Of a DNA stretch of 64,000 nt, positions 59,915 to 64,000 are shown in pieces. This stretch comes from an uncultured Clostridia bacterium. GTDB lineage: Bacteria > Bacillota > Clostridia > TANB77 > CAG-508. The stretch spans positions 315 to 64,314 of the forward strand of contig CALXZB010000001.1 of assembly GCA_944393125.1 (NCBI GenBank). Reading direction: 5' to 3'. The number at the start of each line of letters is the position of its first letter. The stretch's first letter is position 1. A program made the position numbers and the translations under genes. Under the pieces are notes generated by a model. It was not told where the DNA came from. It saw only the letters and a program-made list of their open reading frames with translations, and searched no databases.

Positions 59915-60024
59915 AGTAGACTTAAGTTAAGTACACCTTAAAATATATTTTATAAAAGACACTTAAACAGATATAAGATTATAGTAAAAAAGTAGTAGAA
60001 TTAACTTTTAGGAGGATTTTTATT

Positions 60025-60384
60025 ATGAAGAGTAAAATTACATATACAAAGGTTGGAGATTATTATCTACCAAATTTAATAGATACTGCTAGTGTAAGTT
60101 ATAGCGAACTTGGTAAATATGGAAGAATGAGATTAAACTATTTAAAAGAGCATAAACATGCTGAATACATAATTTTGTGGTCTGAAAATAAATTAAGAGA
60201 ACATTTAGAAGCAGTTGATACAACTGCAAATAATCAATTTCATTTATTGATGAAACAATTGGCTGAAAGAGAAAATATAACAGAAGAATTAAAAGCTAAT
60301 AATCAAATGGAATGGGTGCGAAAAATGAACAATATAAAAAATTCTGTTGAAGAAATAATAGGAAAAAGATATATTTATTGTTAA
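60025..60384 (+). CDS. tnpV: Transposon-encoded protein TnpV
   Basis: 119 aa. ITYTKVGDYYLPNL......LGKYGRMRLNYLKEHK...........L..HL........N.....MKQLAE.ENITEELKANNQMEWVRKMNNIKNSVEEII....IY matches the TnpV family pattern of Tn4451-type elements. AGGAGG RBS. Confidence 0.8.
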   Translation: MKSKITYTKVGDYYLPNLIDTASVSYSELGKYGRMRLNYLKEHKHAEYIILWSENKLREHLEAVDTTANNQFHLLMKQLAERENITEELKANNQMEWVRKMNNIKNSVEEIIGKRYIYC

Positions 60385-60405
60385 ACTTTTACTAGTCCAA
60401 AAAGT

Positions 60406-60442
60406 AATAATAATCCACAGGGGGCGCCTGTGGATTATTATT
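60406..60442. terminator. Bidirectional terminator between tnpV and the 91-aa gene
   Basis: A perfect 15-bp stem aataataatccacag/ctgtggattattatt with GC-rich loop ggggcgc. Confidence 0.8.
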
Positions 60443-60453
60443 GCTTTTTAAAA

Positions 60454-60729
60454 TTAGAAAGAAATCCAAGCCTTGAGAAATGTCTCAATATTTTTGCTTT
60501 CCTGCTCATCAAAAGCGATAACAGTTGTATAGATAATATACTTTTTATCTGCTATACTACTATTTACTCTGGCATTAGGATATTTTTTCTTTTCATCTCT
60601 AAGCCATTGCTCTACTTTTTTCTTGTCCGTTTCTATCGGACTCTTGAAATAACGAGCCGTCGGACCTGAATGCCATTGAGACCATAGAGCTGGTTCATCT
60701 ACTTTCAATAAAGCTACATACTTTAACAT
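60454..60729 (-). CDS. Hypothetical protein (91 aa)
   Basis: An AAAGGAGGAAAAC RBS precedes the ATG, and the composition is charged/aromatic. It is preferred over the antisense hydrophobic ORF 60430-60669. No family recognised. Confidence 0.6.
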   Translation of the reverse strand: MLKYVALLKVDEPALWSQWHSGPTARYFKSPIETDKKKVEQWLRDEKKKYPNARVNSSIADKKYIIYTTVIAFDEQESKNIETFLKAWISF

Positions 60730-60752
60730 GATGTTTTCCTCCTTTTAATAAA

Positions 60753-60772
60753 TCGGAGGTTTTACCCTCCGA
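60753..60772 (-). promoter_or_regulatory. SD-like/anti-SD hairpin just upstream of the 91-aa gene RBS
   Basis: Minus-strand RNA reads ucGGAGGguaaaaCCUCCga, then 12 nt, then aaaGGAGGaaaacaucAUG. The CCUCC could pair either with the upstream GGAGG or with the real SD. Confidence 0.35.
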
Positions 60773-60876
60773 AATTTTTAGTATTTCAAAGGGTACTTGT
60801 GTAAAAAATACTTATTTTATTTTAACATATTCTTATTTAATTATCAACCATTTTACTATAATTCATTAGATTTTTA

Positions 60877-60905
60877 TTGACAAAGAGCTATTTTGATGAT
60901 ATATT
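60877..60905 (+). promoter_or_regulatory. Near-consensus sigma-A promoter ~400 nt upstream of the Mob remnant
   Basis: TTGACA (60877-60882), a 17-nt spacer, then TGaTATATT (-10 at 60900-60905). Confidence 0.6.
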
Positions 60906-61185
60906 AAAGCTACCATTTATTATGGTAACTGAAAAATTAAATAATGACGCATGTAAGGAGTTCCTTGGCAGGAGGTATTAAGTTATTTTCGAAGTTCTGG
61001 GTTTAACTCTCTCCGCTATGTCAAAAGTGTGGATTTTAAATATATAAATATAAAAGAGAAATATTAATCCAATTGAAATAATACTGACAGGAGATGTGCA
61101 GATAAAATTAGGACAAAATTTTTAAAAATTTATGTTGCTAATTTTATTTGTCATTCCAGCCAGTTTTTTTGTAAGCCTCGCAGAG

Positions 61186-61259
61186 CCCACGACATCTTTG
61201 CAAACGAAGTTTGAAAGTGTCATAGTGGGTTAGATACTTTCGTTAGAAAGTTATCTAAC
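61186..61259 (+). other. Candidate oriT (two adjacent imperfect hairpins upstream of the relaxase remnant)
   Basis: Hairpin 1 (61186-61229) is cccacgacatctttgcaaac-gaa-gtttgaaagtgtcatagtggg. Hairpin 2 (61229-61259) is gttagatactttc-gtta-gaaagttatctaac. Their position immediately 5' of a MobV-type gene is typical for MobV oriT sites. Confidence 0.35.
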
Positions 61260-61303
61260 ACTGCTCCCTGCGGTCGCATGTATATCTGCGGAAAGGATTT
61301 CAA

Positions 61304-62275
61304 ATGGAAAAACAACATTTCTCTGTAGCAAGAGTTGCTACACATACTAAAGAAAATATCAGTAAATATGAAAGACATGACGAAAGAAAAAATACAACAT
61401 ATTCTAATACAAATATAGTTGCTGAAAGAACACCAATGAATATCTATTTTAAAAGATATGACTCTACCTTTAATCAAAAGTTTGATGAAATGGTTAAATC
61501 TGGTCAAATATCTACAAGAGGTTTAAAAGCAAATGCCAAAATATATAATGAATTAGTTTTTGATGTTAATTCTCTATATTTTGAACAAAATGGCGGTTAT
61601 GAATTTGCAAAAAGATTTTATGAAAAAGCATATAACTTTGCTGAAAAAGAAATGGGAACAGAAAATATTTTAAGTGCTGTACTCCATGCTGATGAATTAA
61701 ATACTGCACTTACAGAAGAATTTGAAAAATCAAAGAACAGAATAATTGAAATTGATAATTTATTTCAGCATATTTATGAAGATAATATTTCGGGAAAGCT
61801 AACAGATGAACGATTTAGAAGATTATCTTTTAATTATAATAAAGAACAACAAGAATTAAAACTAAAAATAGAACAATTATCAAATGAAATAGAAAACAAA
61901 GAAAAGAAAGAAAACGATTTAACACAATTTATATCTAATGTTAAAAAATATACTGAAATAACGGAATTAACACCAGAAATTTTAAATGAACTAATAGAAA
62001 AAATAATGGTTCATCAATCTAAAAAAGTTAATGGCAGATATGAACAAACAATTGATATTCATTATAGAGATGTTGGTATAATTTCTTTTCCAATTAGTCT
62101 TGATGATATTGAAATAACAATTAAAAAGATATTAAATAAAAAAAAGCTTAATATTGAAATAACTTATTTTATGGGGAGAATGATTTTAGTGTACTTAACT
62201 AAATCGTTCTCCCTAATTATTTATTCACTCTCTTATTTATTAGTCGCACAAAGGGGCGGCGACAAACACATTTAA
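61304..62275 (+). pseudogene. In-frame chimera: MobV/Pre relaxase N-terminal ~140 aa fused to large serine recombinase C-terminal (DUF4368-like) region
   Basis: Residues 1-~140 (ARV.....N...YERHDER...NELVFD...ILSAVLHADE) are Mob_Pre-like but stop before the H.H of the His triad. From ~aa 150, IDNLFQHIYEDNISGKLTDERFRRLS..Y..EQ..LK..I..L........FISNVKKYTEITELTPEILNELIEKIMVH......R.QTIDIHYRDVG matches the recombinase C-terminus. The junction is at ~61720-61750. Confidence 0.7.
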
Positions 62276-62282
62276 TTCTCAC

Positions 62283-63056
62283 CTATACCCCTATAATACT
62301 AAATCCATTATCCGCATAAATAGTTTGTCCTGTAACACATGAAGACATTTCACTTAGCAAAAATGTTGCAACATTTCCAACTTGTGTAGTTGTTACATTT
62401 TCATGTAATGGAGCTTTTTCTTCAACAACTGTAAGTATAGAATTAAAATCTTTTATACCTTTTGCAGATAATGTTTTAATTGGACCCGCAGATACTGCAT
62501 TTACTCTAATTCCATCTTTTCCTAAATTTTCTGCTAAATATCTTACACTTGTTTCTAATGCTGCTTTAGCAACTCCCATAACATTATATCCTTGAATTAC
62601 TTGTCTTGAACCATGATATGTTAATGTTACTAAACTAGAATTTTCATTTAATAAATCCATTTCTTTTGCTAATCTAGATACTAATACGAAAGAGTAAGCA
62701 CTAACATCAACAGCGTGTGAGTATCCTTCTTTTCCAGTATATATGAAATCTTGATGTAAATCTTCTGTATTGGCATGTGCAATTGCATGTACTATACCGT
62801 CAATTTTACCATTTTCTGCTTTTATTTTTTCAAATGTTTCTCTAACCACTTCATCTTCTGAAGCACCATTACATACATAAGCTTTTGCACCTTTAAATTC
62901 TGAAATAAGTTCTTCTATTTTTGGCTTATTATCTTCTCCCATATATGTAAATAAAAGTTGTGCTCCATTTTCATAAGCTGATTTTGCAATTCCAAAAGCT
63001 ATACTCCATTTGTTTCTAATACCCATTATTAATATTTTCTTTCCCTCTAAAATCAT
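62283..63056 (-). CDS. fabI: Enoyl-[acyl-carrier-protein] reductase (NADH) FabI
   Basis: An SDR fold is present, with the FabI-type N-terminus (GKKILIMGIRNKWSIAFGIAKS) and the catalytic Y-x6-K (YNVMGVAKAAL). Confidence 0.9.
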   Translation of the reverse strand: MILEGKKILIMGIRNKWSIAFGIAKSAYENGAQLLFTYMGEDNKPKIEELISEFKGAKAYVCNGASEDEVVRETFEKIKAENGKIDGIVHAIAHANTEDLHQDFIYTGKEGYSHAVDVSAYSFVLVSRLAKEMDLLNENSSLVTLTYHGSRQVIQGYNVMGVAKAALETSVRYLAENLGKDGIRVNAVSAGPIKTLSAKGIKDFNSILTVVEEKAPLHENVTTTQVGNVATFLLSEMSSCVTGQTIYADNGFSIIGV

Positions 63057-63060
63057 TTTC

Positions 63061-63849
63061 TTAATTCCTTTCTTTATAATCTCCTATTTTTCTAAATTTA
63101 GAATATCTATGTTCTATTAGTTCATTCTGTGACATTTCACTCAATTCAGTGATTTCAGATAAAATTTCTTCTCTCATTTTTTCTGCTATTTTCGAAAATT
63201 CATCTTTTTCCTCAATAATTTTATCAACTATTTTAAAATTATGCAAGTCTTGTGCAGTTAATTTCATTTTTTCTGCAGCTTCTTGTGCTCTACTAGAATC
63301 TTTCCATAATATACTTGCATAACCTTCTGGTGATAAAATTGAGTAAATTGCATTTTCTAGCATTATAATTTTGTTTGCAATACTTATAGCAAGTGCTCCT
63401 CCACTTGATCCTTCTCCTATAACAATTGTTATTATAGGAACTTTTAATTTAGACATTTCAAACATGCTTTTTGCAATTGCTTCTCCTTGTCCTCTTTCTT
63501 CTGCTTCAATTCCTGGATATGCTCCTTTTGTATCAACAAATGTTATAATTGGTCTATGGAATTTTTCAGCTTGTTTCATAAATCTAATTGCTTTTCTATA
63601 GCTCTCTGGATTAGGCATTCCAAAATTTCTTAACATATTTTCTTTTGTGTTTCTTCCTTTTTGTTGTGCTATTATTGTAAAATTTTGGTCACCTATTCTT
63701 GCCAATCCACACACAATTGAAGCATCATCTTTTGATATTCTGTCACCATGTAATTCAACAAATTCATCAAATACTTTATCTATATAATCAAGAGCTGTTT
63801 TTCTATTTGGATTTCTAGCAGTTTCAACTCTTTCCCATGCGGTTTTCAT
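63061..63849 (-). CDS. accA: Acetyl-CoA carboxylase carboxyltransferase subunit alpha (short N-terminus)
   Basis: RNFGMPNPESYRKAIRFMKQAEKFHRPIITFVDTKGAYPG..AEERGQGEAIA and IGEGSSGGALA are present. It lacks the ~60-aa N-terminal helices of Bacillus AccA. Confidence 0.9.
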   Translation of the reverse strand: MKTAWERVETARNPNRKTALDYIDKVFDEFVELHGDRISKDDASIVCGLARIGDQNFTIIAQQKGRNTKENMLRNFGMPNPESYRKAIRFMKQAEKFHRPIITFVDTKGAYPGIEAEERGQGEAIAKSMFEMSKLKVPIITIVIGEGSSGGALAISIANKIIMLENAIYSILSPEGYASILWKDSSRAQEAAEKMKLTAQDLHNFKIVDKIIEEKDEFSKIAEKMREEILSEITELSEMSQNELIEHRYSKFRKIGDYKERN

Positions 63850-63875
63850 ACATTTCCTCCTTTTTGTTCTTAACT

Positions 63876-64000
63876 TTATTGAAGTTCAATAATTTTATGT
63901 AAGGTATTTTTTAAGTCTTTACGTTCAACAATTTTATCAATAAAACCATGTTCTAATAAAAATTCTGCAGTTTGAAAGCCTTCTGGTAAAGACTGGCCAA
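63876..64000 (-). CDS. accD: Acetyl-CoA carboxylase carboxyltransferase subunit beta, 3' end (partial, continues beyond window)
   Basis: The minus-strand frame is open to the window edge and reads ..[40 protein letters not shown], the typical AccD C-terminus. The stop is at 63876-63878. Confidence 0.75.
   Translation of the reverse strand, partial: GQSLPEGFQTAEFLLEHGFIDKIVERKDLKNTLHKIIELQ

Larger units (their letters stand above)
58470..62282. mobile_element. Decayed Tn4451/Tn4453-like mobilisable element remnant (boundaries approximate)
   Basis: It contains tnpV, a truncated Mob/Pre relaxase 5' half with upstream hairpins, and a large-serine-recombinase C-terminal (DUF4368-like) segment. 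GC-richer blocks form a mosaic. It ends 7 nt from the fabI stop. Confidence 0.6.

Noticed and set aside
59915-60024. I searched for the tandem direct repeats (type III antitoxin RNA array) expected upstream of a ToxN-like gene.
   Set aside because: No repeat unit of 30-45 nt recurs on either strand. Only a short acttaa motif occurs twice. No antitoxin RNA feature is therefore called.
60406-60442. DnaA-box-like sequence (TAATCCACA and its complement) in the terminator stem.
   Set aside because: It is a single imperfect pair created by the palindrome itself. There is no cluster of boxes or AT-rich unwinding element context suggesting an origin.
60430-60669. A 79-aa + strand ORF antisense to the 91-aa gene.
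   Set aside because: It starts inside the terminator stem, has no RBS and has a hydrophobic shadow-like translation. The minus-strand ORF has AAAGGAGG plus ATG.
61220-61507. A 95-aa minus-strand ORF across the Mob start region.
   Set aside because: It is antisense to the Mob_Pre-like N-terminus and the oriT-like hairpins. It has no RBS and a Cys/Phe/Ile-rich shadow composition.

Overview
This is a chromosomal segment from a very AT-rich (by eye, mid-20s % G+C), endospore-forming Firmicute. The Clostridia-like markers are yabP-yabQ-divIC, remA and pro-sigma-K. About 90% of genes lie on the minus strand. Layout: (1) 0.4-18.5 kb is mostly housekeeping (rho, yabP/yabQ/divIC, valS with a T-box leader, Fe-ADH, def, priA, gmk, rpoZ, remA, yicC-family, rsmE), interrupted by small orphan genes, two of which are visibly GC-richer. 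(2) 18.5-40.0 kb is a cell-envelope glycopolymer locus. It holds about 9 glycosyltransferases, a TagG/TagH-like ABC exporter, a GtrB-like GT2 with two GT-C membrane transferases (one fused to GtrA), and a Wzy/O-antigen-ligase-like protein. It also holds two secreted peptidoglycan hydrolases that share triple ricin-type lectin modules, one of which is frameshifted between its signal peptide and the mature protein. (3) 40.1-47.4 kb is the glycolytic operon gap-pgk-tpiA-gpmI-eno, with two unexpected inserts: a NUDIX hydrolase and an orphan YezG/DUF600-type immunity protein. (4) An uninterrupted sigK follows. (5) 48.8-62.3 kb is an accessory island. It contains a deoxyribosyltransferase-like protein, a 5'-truncated RhuM-Fic/DOC gene, VanZ, a GntR-ABC module, a membrane-tethered ECF-type sigma factor, several membrane proteins and a PPP phosphatase with an unknown N-domain. 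The island ends in a decayed Tn4451-like mobilisable element (TnpV, a possible ToxN/AbiQ-like ORF, a candidate oriT, and an in-frame Mob::serine-recombinase chimera) that abuts fabI. (6) fabI-accA-accD(partial) closes the window. I saw no rRNA, tRNA or CRISPR array. All family assignments come from motif recognition by eye, not from database searches.
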